Origin: a virus
Lineage: Duplodnaviria > Caudoviricetes
Length of the DNA: 37,612 nt
Reading direction: 5' to 3' (one strand)
Virus record (IMG/VR): IMGVR_UViG_3300043036_000344
Coordinates: 1 to 37,612 of that record
Made by a program: the position numbers and the translations under genes. The notes beneath the pieces are model-generated. The model had not been told where the DNA came from, searched no databases, and saw nothing but the letters and a program-made list of their open reading frames with translations. Shown one piece after another: positions 10,386 to 19,896 of the stretch. Numbering within the stretch: position 1 is the stretch's first letter; the number at the start of each line of letters is the position of its first letter.

Positions 10386-11226
10386 ATTCTCTTGTAGAAT
10401 CTACATCTTCTTGCGATAGCTCGCCAGGGTCTACACCGTCTGGAAGCATTACGTTTTCTACTATAAAGCCGCATTCTTCGATAAGGGGCTTTAGTGTAAA
10501 CATGGCTTTTTCACCAGCTTCGTCGCCGTCAAACATTAGGTAAATGTGTGTGACGCCTTGTGCCTTAAAAGGCAGGAGCTTTTGGGCTGTGTTGTTTTGC
10601 AGTGTGTTTGTGCCAAAAGCACAAGTTACGTTGGTCAACCCCTTGTCGTATAAGTTCAGCATATCGAATATGCCTTCGACGATTACTAAGCTTTTTGCGG
10701 CTTGGGGTAAGTTTGCTGGAAACAGTGGAATTTGTACTCCACTAGGGTAATTTAAGTAGCGAGGGTTGCCGTTGCTGAGAGTGTGTCGGCCTACGTATAC
10801 CGCTGTTTTACCAGTTACATCAGTAATTGGAAAGATAATGCGGTCTACTAGTTTTTCTACTTGATGGGTGTAAAATGCACCAAAGTGCTGTAGGGTTTTA
10901 GCCGATACACCGCGAAACGATTTCGTATAAGGAGTTGCTCCTGCGGGAACTTCTAGGCTGTTACCATACGATTTTAGCTCTGCTAGTTTTTCTTTTAGCT
11001 TTGCAATCTTTTGTGGAATAGGGTTGGTAAAGACCCCGTAGTATTTAAAGATATTGGTCTTAAACCCACAAGCAAAGCAGTGAGCTACACCAGATACTCG
11101 GTCTACACGGAAACTAGGATTGGAATCGGGGTGTTCTGGATTTAGGCAACCAATTAGGTAGTCACGTCCTGACACGGTGAATGCCAAATTGTTTTTCTGT
11201 ATTAGTTCGAGTACTGGATCGCTCAT
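10372..11226 (-). CDS. DNA primase
   Basis: Zn finger CLNPEH..CFAC; TOPRIM VEGIFD and FDGDEAG; DPG. Confidence 0.93.
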   Translation of the reverse strand: MSDPVLELIQKNNLAFTVSGRDYLIGCLNPEHPDSNPSFRVDRVSGVAHCFACGFKTNIFKYYGVFTNPIPQKIAKLKEKLAELKSYGNSLEVPAGATPYTKSFRGVSAKTLQHFGAFYTHQVEKLVDRIIFPITDVTGKTAVYVGRHTLSNGNPRYLNYPSGVQIPLFPANLPQAAKSLVIVEGIFDMLNLYDKGLTNVTCAFGTNTLQNNTAQKLLPFKAQGVTHIYLMFDGDEAGEKAMFTLKPLIEECGFIVENVMLPDGVDPGELSQEDVDSTREYVTK

Positions 11227-11232
11227 AATTTG

Positions 11233-11400
11233 TTATCTGTAGTAAGTGTCTAGTATGTAAGCTGCTACCGCTTTAGGGTCGGTATTCCATACCTGTTGCG
11301 GTGTATCTAATTTAAAGTGTTCGTTTGGTGAAGTCCACCACTGAGTTACTAGTTCTGGTGAGCCTAGTAAGGATAAAAGTATTTCGTCTAAGTCGTTCAT
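11233..11400 (-). CDS. 55 aa protein resembling the Xre/MbcA/ParS antitoxin C-terminal domain (DUF2384)
   Basis: Not in the ORF track; MNDLDEILLSLLGSPELVTQWWTSPNEHFKLDTPQQVWNTDPKAVAAYILDTYYR; ATGA overlap with the upstream gene. Confidence 0.55.
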   Translation of the reverse strand: MNDLDEILLSLLGSPELVTQWWTSPNEHFKLDTPQQVWNTDPKAVAAYILDTYYR

Positions 11401-11594
11401 GAGCCTAGTCCATGTTCACTGGCTTGCCACATACGCATAGCTTTTTTAAGCTGTTCGCACTGGTCTAAACGAATATCGTCCATAATACCCATGCTCATAA
11501 ACTCGCTATTCATATTACGCATAGTCATAGCCATTAGCGCATCGTGTTTAACTAGTAAAGTGTCTAGTACTACATCATATTCTTTATTCATCAT
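11397..11594 (-). CDS. hypothetical protein
   Basis: 65 aa ORF coupled by ATGA overlaps on both sides. Confidence 0.6.
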   Translation of the reverse strand: MMNKEYDVVLDTLLVKHDALMAMTMRNMNSEFMSMGIMDDIRLDQCEQLKKAMRMWQASEHGLGS

Positions 11595-12982
11595 GTATCC
11601 CAGGGTAGGTCGCTAGAAGGCTCAGACTTTGCTGTATCTGCGGATTTCTTAGTTCCTCCAGCTTTTTTAATCGTTTCTTTTGCTGCAGGCCGATCAAGAG
11701 ACTGTGGCGAGATGCGTAAGGTGTCCCAATCAATAGGACAGGTAAAGGCCATTTCTTTGCCGCCACGGATTTTAGTGGTTTCAAAGGATATTGCTTGTTG
11801 ATCTTTATCATGCGCTTCCATAACCAATGCAATGTCTGCGGCATCAAGTAATCCTTTCGCAAAACGCGCCTCGCCGCTAGCGTCAATTTGATATGGTGAG
11901 ACCATGACCACTTCGTACTTGCGTGCAAGGTTCTTAAGTTTTTTGGACACTTCAATCTGCGGCTGCCAATCATACTGAGAATTACCTTCGATTTTAATTT
12001 GATTTACGTAGTCTACAATAACTACGGCTAGTTTGTCGCCAAACTTAGCTTTCATTTTACCAACGTGTAGGTCAATGTTACCAATCGTTAAATCGCGATC
12101 ATCAACAATAACCATTTGATTATCGGGCTTTAAGTTAAAGTTACGCACTAAGGTTTCTTCAAACTTAAAGCGATCACGATGACGTAAATATTCCGATACT
12201 AATTCATCAGCATTCTGGAACATTCCTGCTCGGGCTTTAACGATTTTTAGGACTTCGTCGTCGGTTAGTTTATTTTGCTTTAGGTTTTGCTGGTTAACTC
12301 CGGCTAAGATGCCTAAGTTACGCTGATTTGTTTCTTTAGCTGTCATCTCAATCGAGAAATACAAACAGCTATTACCCATCTCGTATTGGTTAACAAAAAT
12401 ATTGCTACTGGTAATTGATTTACCAGAGCCACGTTTGCCACCAACAAAGATTAATTCTTGTCTAGCAACGCCGCCTAGTACGGCATCAAAAGTATTGTTA
12501 AGACCCAAGAACACACGTTCTTTGGCAATGTCTTCAGGATGTTGAAACAACAACATATCTGACATGGTAAATACTTTTTCACTAGTATGTGTTTTTTCCT
12601 CGATTGTCATTGCAATCGTGGCTAGGCTGTCTTTGATTTCGTTAGCGTCGTAAAGCGGTAGCTTATCTACAAATTTATCTAGTAATTTAACGGTTTCGTT
12701 CTGCGTGTACTGGTCGATTAGAGCATCTAAGGCTACTTCGGCTGATACTTCTGGAACGTCGGTGAGCTTTAGGGTCGCGAGTGTTTTTGATGCTGGACCT
12801 TCTCTTAGTGTAAGCTCAAGGTCGTCAAAGCTAGGAAGTTTACTGTACTTCTCGTAGTGCTTGTTTACGACCGAATATAGACTAGAGTAAGCCGGGTCTA
12901 AAAACACCAGCTTCAGCTTTGCCCAGATATCTAGGCTCTGCTCGCTTAGCAGTTTATTGAGAACGACGGCTGATACATCCAT
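11591..12982 (-). CDS. DnaB-like replicative helicase (T5 D6-like)
   Basis: GGKRGSGKS, YFSIEM, VIVDY, LKNLARKYEV, KIR. Confidence 0.92.
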   Translation of the reverse strand: MDVSAVVLNKLLSEQSLDIWAKLKLVFLDPAYSSLYSVVNKHYEKYSKLPSFDDLELTLREGPASKTLATLKLTDVPEVSAEVALDALIDQYTQNETVKLLDKFVDKLPLYDANEIKDSLATIAMTIEEKTHTSEKVFTMSDMLLFQHPEDIAKERVFLGLNNTFDAVLGGVARQELIFVGGKRGSGKSITSSNIFVNQYEMGNSCLYFSIEMTAKETNQRNLGILAGVNQQNLKQNKLTDDEVLKIVKARAGMFQNADELVSEYLRHRDRFKFEETLVRNFNLKPDNQMVIVDDRDLTIGNIDLHVGKMKAKFGDKLAVVIVDYVNQIKIEGNSQYDWQPQIEVSKKLKNLARKYEVVMVSPYQIDASGEARFAKGLLDAADIALVMEAHDKDQQAISFETTKIRGGKEMAFTCPIDWDTLRISPQSLDRPAAKETIKKAGGTKKSADTAKSEPSSDLPWDT

Positions 12983-12983
12983 A

Positions 12984-13283
12984 TTAACTTACCTTAGACT
13001 CATTATCAATTATTACTTGATCTATAATTTCCGTTATTTTATACAAAACCTGCTCACGCAGTTTCTTTATATCCTTTTGGTAACTAGTACCTTTGTCAAA
13101 AAGAATACTTAGTTGCTCGTGGGTTATCAGTTGTTGCAACCCAAAATAGATATGATCATAAGCCATAGTGGACTCAGGCATAATATTTACTTGAACCATA
13201 CGACCATAGTTGTCTACAGCTTGCTTTACCACTTCTTCAACAGTAAACGACTCATTGTCGTGGTATGTAATTTCTACTTTCAT
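12984..13283 (-). CDS. hypothetical protein
   Basis: 99 aa ORF in operon context. Confidence 0.65.
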   Translation of the reverse strand: MKVEITYHDNESFTVEEVVKQAVDNYGRMVQVNIMPESTMAYDHIYFGLQQLITHEQLSILFDKGTSYQKDIKKLREQVLYKITEIIDQVIIDNESKVS

Positions 13284-13302
13284 TTACTGGATTTTCCAAG
13301 GT

Positions 13303-13336
13303 AAAAAGGCTGGGAGCCTTTACAAACTCCCAGCCT
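13303..13336 (-). terminator. rho-independent terminator
   Basis: AGGCTGGGAG..CTCCCAGCCT hairpin plus T-run after D5. Confidence 0.75.
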
Positions 13337-13356
13337 AGTGGTATTTAAAATACTAA

Positions 13357-14103
13357 TTAAGCAGCAGCTTTTGCTTCTGCTTTGGCTTTCTTTGCAGCGC
13401 CATCGTAGTCTGCAACTTTGATACCACGACGAGTAAGCAAAGTACGTAGACCGCGTTCTGTTTTGTCAACTGCTTTAGCAATTTCAGCAACAGTCATGCT
13501 AGAGATAGCAGCACCGATTGCGGTAACTGGGTCAATAGCTTCTTTAGCGTGAGATTCGCGTTGTGCTGGAATCTTGCTAATTTGACCTTTACGAGTCAAG
13601 CTAAGAGCCTTACCACGAACTGAAGCTACAGATTTACCAAGAGCAGCTGCGATTTCTTCGATAAAAGAACCCGAATCAGCCATCTTAACAAACTTAACTT
13701 CTTCTTGTTCAGTATAAGTACGAGCAGCTTCAACTTTTTCTGCTGGCTTAACTGCACCAGTTAGTTCTAGAGCAAGCAACTTACCTTGGATTTGCTTTGC
13801 AGAGAACTTGCCTTCAGCAAAAGCTTCAGCGATTTCTTTGTAGGTATACGCACCTTCATTGGCCGTAACGAAGTCGCTTAGATCATCGCTTTCGTCTACG
13901 GTAAAGGCAGAGATTTTTTCTTTAGCCATTGAAGCAACTTCATGGTCAAGCTGACGCAATTTGCTGGCTACTGAACGAGTTGTGAAACCCAGAGCTTCTG
14001 CAATTTGTTCAACTGTACCGGCGGAAACGGGGCTTTCACCATTTACCATGTTCAACATTTGGTTGGTAGCCTCATCGCTCCACTTTTTAGTTTTTTCAGT
14101 CAT
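13357..14103 (-). CDS. D5: T5 D5-like DNA-binding protein
   Basis: Repeated HTH-like units (IAEALGFTTRSVASKLR, EIAAALGKSVASVRGK), LTRRGI..DYDG; follows ligase subunit B. Confidence 0.85.
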   Translation of the reverse strand: MTEKTKKWSDEATNQMLNMVNGESPVSAGTVEQIAEALGFTTRSVASKLRQLDHEVASMAKEKISAFTVDESDDLSDFVTANEGAYTYKEIAEAFAEGKFSAKQIQGKLLALELTGAVKPAEKVEAARTYTEQEEVKFVKMADSGSFIEEIAAALGKSVASVRGKALSLTRKGQISKIPAQRESHAKEAIDPVTAIGAAISSMTVAEIAKAVDKTERGLRTLLTRRGIKVADYDGAAKKAKAEAKAAA

Positions 14104-14854
14104 TGTTTTTTTCTTTCAAAAAGGAATTTAGATTTTGTATAATGCTTATGCCGAGGTCATCGGCTTTTTTGCGTTTAGAACTGCCCTTGTTATCTTCGTC
14201 TACCAAGTAATCAGTAGATTTCGTTACTGTTTCCGCAACTTTGAAACCAGCCTCTTCTATTGCTTTGTAGGCTTCTGCTTTCGTCTTAAACGAAGATAAT
14301 TTTCCAGTGATACAGATTGATTTTCCACCAACCTGTACGGGAACCTTGATTGAAGTAAAAGAAAAGGGTAAAAACTCTCTTACTTCTTGGAATTCTGTTT
14401 CTAGCCAGTTAACTAGATTTTGTGATACTTTCTCACCTAGAGTTGCCTCACGGCATTTCTCAAACGTAATTTCATCAATATTGCTAACGGCTGCGCTAAT
14501 CTTCTTGCTAGCTGTGCCGCCTACTAAAGGAATCGAAAACGAGGCAATAACTGTTGCCAAGTCTGCTTGTTTGGCTTTTTCGATTTCTGCTAATAGCTTG
14601 GTTGCCACGGTCTTGCTTGACAAGGCTTCAGCAACTTCTGCTTCTTCCAAGTAGAAAATCTCAGTAATGTCAGCCAAACCCAATTTTTCAATAGTTTTGG
14701 CACCCATACCTTTAATACCTAGTGTTTTGCAGAAATGTTCAACTTTCTTGGAAAGCTGGGCATCGCAAGCTGTGTTTCGGCAAAAGAGTTGATCGTTGAC
14801 AAACTCTAGTGGGTAGTCACAGCAAGGGCAAACAGTCGGGATTTTGATCTTCAT
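14096..14854 (-). CDS. ligB: NAD-dependent DNA ligase subunit B (Zn finger, HhH, BRCT)
   Basis: CPCC..FCRN..C, IKGMG HhH, ICITGKL..SSKRKKA..LGI BRCT. Confidence 0.9.
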   Translation of the reverse strand: MKIKIPTVCPCCDYPLEFVNDQLFCRNTACDAQLSKKVEHFCKTLGIKGMGAKTIEKLGLADITEIFYLEEAEVAEALSSKTVATKLLAEIEKAKQADLATVIASFSIPLVGGTASKKISAAVSNIDEITFEKCREATLGEKVSQNLVNWLETEFQEVREFLPFSFTSIKVPVQVGGKSICITGKLSSFKTKAEAYKAIEEAGFKVAETVTKSTDYLVDEDNKGSSKRKKADDLGISIIQNLNSFLKEKNND

Positions 14855-14879
14855 GGTGGTTTTCTGTGTTTATAAGAGT

Positions 14880-14918
14880 ATTATACAGCTTTAAGGAACA
14901 TACAACAAGTCAAAATTT
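14880..14918 (-). promoter_or_regulatory. sigma70-type phage promoter
   Basis: AAATTTTGAC-TTGTTG-N17-TATAAT between the two ligase genes. Confidence 0.7.
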
Positions 14919-14926
14919 CTGATGCC

Positions 14927-15877
14927 TTAAGCATCAACTTTGTGGAGCACACAAGGAATAATCTCTCCAGCCCTGATAATGGCTACTGTGTCTCCAATTT
15001 GCAAGTCCAGCATTTCAATAAATCCTGGGTTATTGAGAGTAGCTCTGGAAACCAAAGCGTCGCCAATATAAACAGGAGCCAAGATTGCAACTGGAGTGAC
15101 TTTGCCTGACTTACCAACTTGCCACTCAACATCAAGTAATGTTGTTTCAACGTGAGCCTGTCGTTCTTTTTTAGCATATGCGCCTCGGGGATGTTTGGCT
15201 GTGAAACCAAGTTCGTAGAATGTTTTATTATCGTCTACTCGGAACACTAGGCCATCACAAGGATAAATCTTGTCCAAGTCTAGTTCATTGATTACGCCAA
15301 AACCAAAGTGTTTGAGTTCCGACAAGTCTTTGGTAAACGTATCGCATAGGCTAGGCTGAATGCCGTATGCAAAGAATGAAAGTGCACGAGTCTTGAACTC
15401 ATTTGGGTCTTTTAAGTTTAAGGCACCTGCGGCATAATTGCGTGAGTTTTCTACTGAAGCCGGAGCCACAATCTCGCCAGTTACTTGATATACTCCCTGT
15501 GCAGGGATTTTGTGAGGTACTAGCTTTGTGGCTAAGAGTTTATCAGTGATAATCTGACCTTCTACGCCATCGCCGCGAGTTAGAGCTTGGACTAGGTCGC
15601 CGTCGATGTACAGTAGGCTAATAGCAGCACCGTCTAGCTTAACACTGCAAGCTACATTACGAACGTCAGCTAGCGGACGATTGCCTTCATCTTCGTAATA
15701 CTTTTGCAGTGAGTACATTTGGAATAAGTGCTTAGCAGTTTTGAAAACCGCTTTAGCGCCTACGCTTTGATAGCCAAAAGCATCAGCAAGATTATCAAAC
15801 TGTGAATCACTGATGATTGGTGAACCTGCATAGTAGGCTTTTGATGCTGAGTCTAGGAATTGTTCAATTTTGTTCAT
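14927..15877 (-). CDS. ligA: NAD-dependent DNA ligase subunit A (adenylation + OB domains)
   Basis: KLDG, TRGDG..G, RNYAAG, DGLV, WQVGKSGKVTPVA, RATLNN, RAGEIIP. Confidence 0.93.
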   Translation of the reverse strand: MNKIEQFLDSASKAYYAGSPIISDSQFDNLADAFGYQSVGAKAVFKTAKHLFQMYSLQKYYEDEGNRPLADVRNVACSVKLDGAAISLLYIDGDLVQALTRGDGVEGQIITDKLLATKLVPHKIPAQGVYQVTGEIVAPASVENSRNYAAGALNLKDPNEFKTRALSFFAYGIQPSLCDTFTKDLSELKHFGFGVINELDLDKIYPCDGLVFRVDDNKTFYELGFTAKHPRGAYAKKERQAHVETTLLDVEWQVGKSGKVTPVAILAPVYIGDALVSRATLNNPGFIEMLDLQIGDTVAIIRAGEIIPCVLHKVDA

Positions 15878-15883
15878 AGATAG

Positions 15884-15921
15884 ATTATAACCGATTAAAC
15901 AGCTCTTTACAAGTTTAAATT
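15884..15921 (-). promoter_or_regulatory. sigma70-type phage promoter
   Basis: AATTTAAAC-TTGTAA-N17-TATAAT; -10 lies 7 nt before the ligA ATG. Confidence 0.7.
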
Positions 15922-16559
15922 TAACTTGCTAGCAGTTTGTGTACAAATTCACGCATAATACGTGCGTGCTGAGGAGTATACCAGCTTTCATCCATGCCGC
16001 CTTCCAAATACCACCATGCCAGTGCTTCTGGATGGCAGCCGAACAAGCCTACATTATCCTGAATAACGGCCATGGCATCGCCATTTTGGTAGGTGGCCAC
16101 CGTTTGCATATCTGTACCAACGATTGCGCAACCATCATAAAAGAACATGGTTTCAGCCTTGCCGTCAAACCACACATCAGCAACAGTTGGGCCATCGGTT
16201 ACAACGTCAGCACCTAAGCGCTCGATGTATTGTGTTACCTCCAAGCCGTCAACCACGTCAAAGTAGTTGGGGCCTGCCCAATACGCGCCCATGCAAATGC
16301 CAAAGTATTTGCCGCCTTCAAACACATATACTTGAACCGCGTCAATGTGTTCTTGGGTAAAAATGTCATAAAAATCATCGGAGTCGCCCATACCTCCTGG
16401 AAAAGCAACTACGTCATACTGAATCAAGAAGCCGTAATTAAGCTCGTCTAGTCCAAATGTACGAACATCAAAGTCTTTGATCAAACCTTGAATCATGCCT
16501 AGAGCGCATTCAGTTTCACATTGTGGGTCGTGGATAAAAAGTGCGATTGTTGGTTTCAT
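15921..16559 (-). CDS. class I glutamine amidotransferase-like protein (BPL_N-like)
   Basis: FPGG, YFGICMGAY nucleophile elbow, GCHPE. Confidence 0.75.
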   Translation of the reverse strand: MKPTIALFIHDPQCETECALGMIQGLIKDFDVRTFGLDELNYGFLIQYDVVAFPGGMGDSDDFYDIFTQEHIDAVQVYVFEGGKYFGICMGAYWAGPNYFDVVDGLEVTQYIERLGADVVTDGPTVADVWFDGKAETMFFYDGCAIVGTDMQTVATYQNGDAMAVIQDNVGLFGCHPEALAWWYLEGGMDESWYTPQHARIMREFVHKLLAS

Positions 16560-16622
16560 GGTTTACTGTGCCTTTAAAAGATTATTATAGGCTGTTTAGG
16601 GTCAAGAAGCAAGTCTGAATTC

Positions 16623-16985
16623 CTATACTCGAAACATCTTATCTAGAACTTCACGGATTAGTTTGGAGGCTTTTTCCGGCTCACCTTCAAAGATAGCAAA
16701 ATCAGCATCAATTAGTGGCTGACGAAACTCACCAAAGATTTCTTCCGCTAGTGGGCGATACACTTTATCTTTGATGATGTGAGTAAGATTAACACTAGCC
16801 TGTAGTTCGGGGGTAACTACTACTTGTGCACCTAGTCGTGCTTCTACTCGATAAATTTTGGCTATGCTATCCTGCAAGTACGATTCGTGCGCAGTTAATT
16901 TACCGGTAACCATTTTTAGTGGTTTCAGCTGATGCCTACGCTCGCCAGTATCGGTAACTTGCAGGTGGTCAAATAGTTGGCTCAT
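16623..16985 (-). CDS. hypothetical protein
   Basis: Likely start MSQLF at 16985. Confidence 0.6.
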   Translation of the reverse strand: MSQLFDHLQVTDTGERRHQLKPLKMVTGKLTAHESYLQDSIAKIYRVEARLGAQVVVTPELQASVNLTHIIKDKVYRPLAEEIFGEFRQPLIDADFAIFEGEPEKASKLIREVLDKMFRV

Positions 16986-17196
16986 CTTCAATTCCAAAAT
17001 GTTTTTTAATTGCTAAATAGCCAGCTGAGCCATCGTGGAAGCAAGCATCACTAATATCAGCACACTCTGTGGCAATTAATTTAGCAAATGTGTCTATAAA
17101 TTTTACTTCAGTTTCCCAGGAGTTATTACGCCCGCTAGGAAAACGTGCTGTGATAGCTGAAGCTTTAGTCCATAATTTATCAATTATTGGATTCAT
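16969..17196 (-). CDS. hypothetical protein
   Basis: 75 aa ORF overlapping neighbours. Confidence 0.6.
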   Translation of the reverse strand: MNPIIDKLWTKASAITARFPSGRNNSWETEVKFIDTFAKLIATECADISDACFHDGSAGYLAIKKHFGIEDEPTI

Positions 17197-17405
17197 TTAA
17201 GCTCCCACAATTTACCGCGTTGACCACAAGGAGCTAAGAACCCTTTTTCACGTTCTTCACGGCAATTTGATCCATTAATTCTAGTTGAAGCTAATGCCCA
17301 TGCATCCTTTGAATTGACCGATGGATTCATACATTTTAGTTGCCAACTGGAATGTTGGTCTGGTATTGCCCACTTACAATCTGTGCAATATTTAGGATAT
17401 TTCAT
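17193..17405 (-). CDS. Cys-rich hypothetical protein
   Basis: CTDCKW..C..C..CG; probable metal binding. Confidence 0.6.
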   Translation of the reverse strand: MKYPKYCTDCKWAIPDQHSSWQLKCMNPSVNSKDAWALASTRINGSNCREEREKGFLAPCGQRGKLWELK

Positions 17406-17688
17406 TTTTGTCCTTTAAAATCTTCTCAGCATAATGACGAATAATATCTTCACCCTCAGCTTTAGCACATATATCAAGCAACCCATCTAGCATTCCATAA
17501 ATGTTTTCAATAGTCGCAGGTACACTAATACCTTCACGACTAGCCTGCCAGTCGCCTTCGTAGGTCAAAAAGTATTTACGCAACTGGATGTATTCCGTAT
17601 CACGAAAGCTATTAACTACTAAACGTACTTGGAAACCTTTTTCCATGTTTTCGTCAATGAGTTTGTTATAATGAATGTTATCGTCCAT
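17392..17688 (-). CDS. PC4/p15-like ssDNA-binding protein
   Basis: VRLVVNSFRDTEYIQLRKYF....W...REGIS; T5 synteny. Confidence 0.8.
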   Translation of the reverse strand: MDDNIHYNKLIDENMEKGFQVRLVVNSFRDTEYIQLRKYFLTYEGDWQASREGISVPATIENIYGMLDGLLDICAKAEGEDIIRHYAEKILKDKNEIS

Positions 17689-17706
17689 CTACGTAATCTT
17701 TCACAA

Positions 17707-17976
17707 CTAAATTAATTGGGGTTTTGGCGCTGAGATAATGTTAAGTAGGTTCTCGGGCGTTGCTGGTATTGCCCAATGAGTGGTAGTCCAATCATTGATA
17801 CATCTAATTGGGTTTACCCCGCTATGCTTATCTAAGCCATGCAGGGTATTGTAGTTCATCATATGTCGCATCCAGGTTTCCCAGTACTCTGCGAGAATAG
17901 CGTCATCTGAATAAATCTTCCAGACGGGTTCGCTACTCTCGGCAGTAACTGGCTCTACATAAAGCCAGTGTTGCAT
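17707..17976 (-). CDS. hypothetical protein
   Basis: Likely start MQHWL at 17976 with AAGGA RBS. Confidence 0.6.
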   Translation of the reverse strand: MQHWLYVEPVTAESSEPVWKIYSDDAILAEYWETWMRHMMNYNTLHGLDKHSGVNPIRCINDWTTTHWAIPATPENLLNIISAPKPQLI

Positions 17977-18071
17977 TAGACGAGTTCCTTTTGAACCCAA
18001 CGACCAACTTTGTAGCCAGCGTAAAATACAAGGACTACAACTATAATGGCTGCAATATCAAAGAAGATCAT
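17976..18071 (-). CDS. 31 aa single-pass membrane peptide
   Basis: MIFFDIAAIIVVVLVFYAGYKVGRWVQKELV; fills the gap exactly with ATGA and TAATG overlaps. Confidence 0.55.
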   Translation of the reverse strand: MIFFDIAAIIVVVLVFYAGYKVGRWVQKELV

Positions 18072-18478
18072 TTTGCAATCTTTGGCAGTGGGTAAGGCAC
18101 GCGGTTTTGTGGAGCACAAATACCGTCTTCACTAGCAAAAGGCTTGGTTTTAAATGCGGCATCTTCCAAGCAACCAGTATTACCCGACACAGTAGAGCAC
18201 TTGGCTTTGATCACGCGATCTTTTTGTGGGCTAACAAACTCAATAGTAGCCCAGCCGTCGCCTTGGGGACAAGCATTGGTCTGAGTAGAGTCGCCACGAC
18301 CAACAATATCCCAACCGCTGTAAAGGATATTACTTTGACGATACATTTGCGCGTTGAACATTGCGTTCTCGCGTGCAGTACCTTTGGCTTCTTCTAGTGA
18401 AGCGAAGCTGACTTCATCAGTTTTGCAGCCTGCCAAAGCTGCGGAAAGGATAGCAATAGTAAGGATTAGTTTTTTCAT
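18068..18478 (-). CDS. predicted lipoprotein
   Basis: MKKLILTIAILSAALAGC lipobox; four further Cys. Confidence 0.7.
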   Translation of the reverse strand: MKKLILTIAILSAALAGCKTDEVSFASLEEAKGTARENAMFNAQMYRQSNILYSGWDIVGRGDSTQTNACPQGDGWATIEFVSPQKDRVIKAKCSTVSGNTGCLEDAAFKTKPFASEDGICAPQNRVPYPLPKIAK

Positions 18479-18491
18479 GATTTTTGTTTGT

Positions 18492-19118
18492 TTAAATACG
18501 GACACCTAATTCACGCAAGTGTTGGAGACTTGCAAGTTCTTCTGCGGGTTGATACGCTGACTGTTTCCATTTATCTGCAAGCAACCAGATACGATATACC
18601 CATCCGTGTTGAGGATGAGATTGTTCTGTGTCGATGCGAGCAGTTGAATCATATCGTGCGCTGTAGACGACTTCTCCAACATTAAAGCGATCACGCACTG
18701 CTCCGTCCGGTATAAGTTCAGGATTGAAGTAGTCGTGGCTGGTAGCTCTGATAGGGACAGCATATTTTTCTAGGATTGCTTTGATAAACGTCGCGCCACG
18801 GTAAGTTGATTTTGAAATTGCGTCGACGGTATTACCTTCTAGATATTCTTGGATAATGTAAGTAACTTCTTCGGTTGTAGCTGCCTTACCACGAAGTGCC
18901 TGACGACGCCGTGCATCACGATCACGCTTTGCTTTAAAGTCATCAATGATTGTGGCTAAGCGTGTGGTGTTGTACGCCATGCCAAGAATCTGGCAAGCAT
19001 CTTTTTTAGTAATAGGCTTGACGGCCACATCTTTAGGCTCAAGCAAGCTAATAACTCTGAGAATATTAGCTTCAGTCATCAATTCTTGTTCTAATTCGCT
19101 TCGTTTTTTAGTTGCCAT
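18492..19118 (-). CDS. D2: T5 D2-like protein
   Basis: TKKDACQILG, YLEG..ISKSTYR, YRIWLL, ELASLQHL match the recalled D2 pattern. Confidence 0.75.
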   Translation of the reverse strand: MATKKRSELEQELMTEANILRVISLLEPKDVAVKPITKKDACQILGMAYNTTRLATIIDDFKAKRDRDARRRQALRGKAATTEEVTYIIQEYLEGNTVDAISKSTYRGATFIKAILEKYAVPIRATSHDYFNPELIPDGAVRDRFNVGEVVYSARYDSTARIDTEQSHPQHGWVYRIWLLADKWKQSAYQPAEELASLQHLRELGVRI

Positions 19119-19157
19119 GTTATTCCTAAAAAGAAAGGCGGCACAGAGCCGCCAAGA

Positions 19158-19523
19158 TTACTTGAGTACAGACAAGAAGTAAACTGCGGCTTTGCCGGTC
19201 AATTTGCTAAGAATGTCGTCGTCAACTGGTTTACCAGCAGACTCTAGTGCTTCACGCAATTCTGCAATGCAAGCATCTTTTGATACGCGGGGAGCTTTGT
19301 CGCCACCAGCGGCGGTTTTAGTTTTGCTGGTAGTAGAAGCGCCTGCTTCTTTTTTAACATACACTCCAGCTTGCACAAGAACCATACGAACGCCGTTAGG
19401 GGACATTTCGATTTCTTCTGCAATATCTTTGATAATTTCGGTAGAAGTCTCAGGGGTTGGGCCTGCGCCTTCGTATTTTTCGATAACGGATGCTTTCAAT
19501 TCATCGGTCCATGCTGCTGCCAT
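19158..19523 (-). CDS. D3: T5 D3-like protein
   Basis: SPNGVRMVLVQAGVYVKK, KLTGKAA. Confidence 0.8.
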   Translation of the reverse strand: MAAAWTDELKASVIEKYEGAGPTPETSTEIIKDIAEEIEMSPNGVRMVLVQAGVYVKKEAGASTTSKTKTAAGGDKAPRVSKDACIAELREALESAGKPVDDDILSKLTGKAAVYFLSVLK

Positions 19524-19557
19524 AATTTATTTTCCTTAGTTGTTTGTTGAGTTTTGA

Positions 19558-19830
19558 TTAAGCGTGTTCGGTAACTACTTCAGTCATTCGACTTGGGACA
19601 AACTTGCGATAGTTGTGGTTGAGATCAAACTTATTGTAAAGCTCACTACGCTTTTGGTAGATTTCGCTTTCCAATTGATTGAGTTCAACAACAAACTGAC
19701 CATAAGAATCCATGTCTAGTGCACTAACGTCGATGCCTTCGAAATGCTCACAAGGAGCTACGAGTTCGACTAAGGTGCGATGTGAAACTTCACCATTGGG
19801 TTTAGTGTACAAGAATTCTTTGATTTTCAT
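19558..19830 (-). CDS. hypothetical protein
   Basis: 90 aa; YTKPNGEVSHR..YRKF pattern; promoter upstream. Confidence 0.65.
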   Translation of the reverse strand: MKIKEFLYTKPNGEVSHRTLVELVAPCEHFEGIDVSALDMDSYGQFVVELNQLESEIYQKRSELYNKFDLNHNYRKFVPSRMTEVVTEHA

Positions 19831-19896
19831 GTGTGTCTTTCGTTGAATAAGTATATATTATAAAGTGAAACACCGATTCACGCAAATTTAAATTTT

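Noticed and set aside
7852-12982. Introns or inteins in polymerase, primase or helicase
   Set aside because: ORFs are continuous, of ordinary length, with normally spaced motifs
14096-15877. DNA ligase in two ORFs as a frameshift, pseudogene or intein
   Set aside because: A split NAD-dependent ligase is the normal T5-like arrangement, and each part has its own promoter and start
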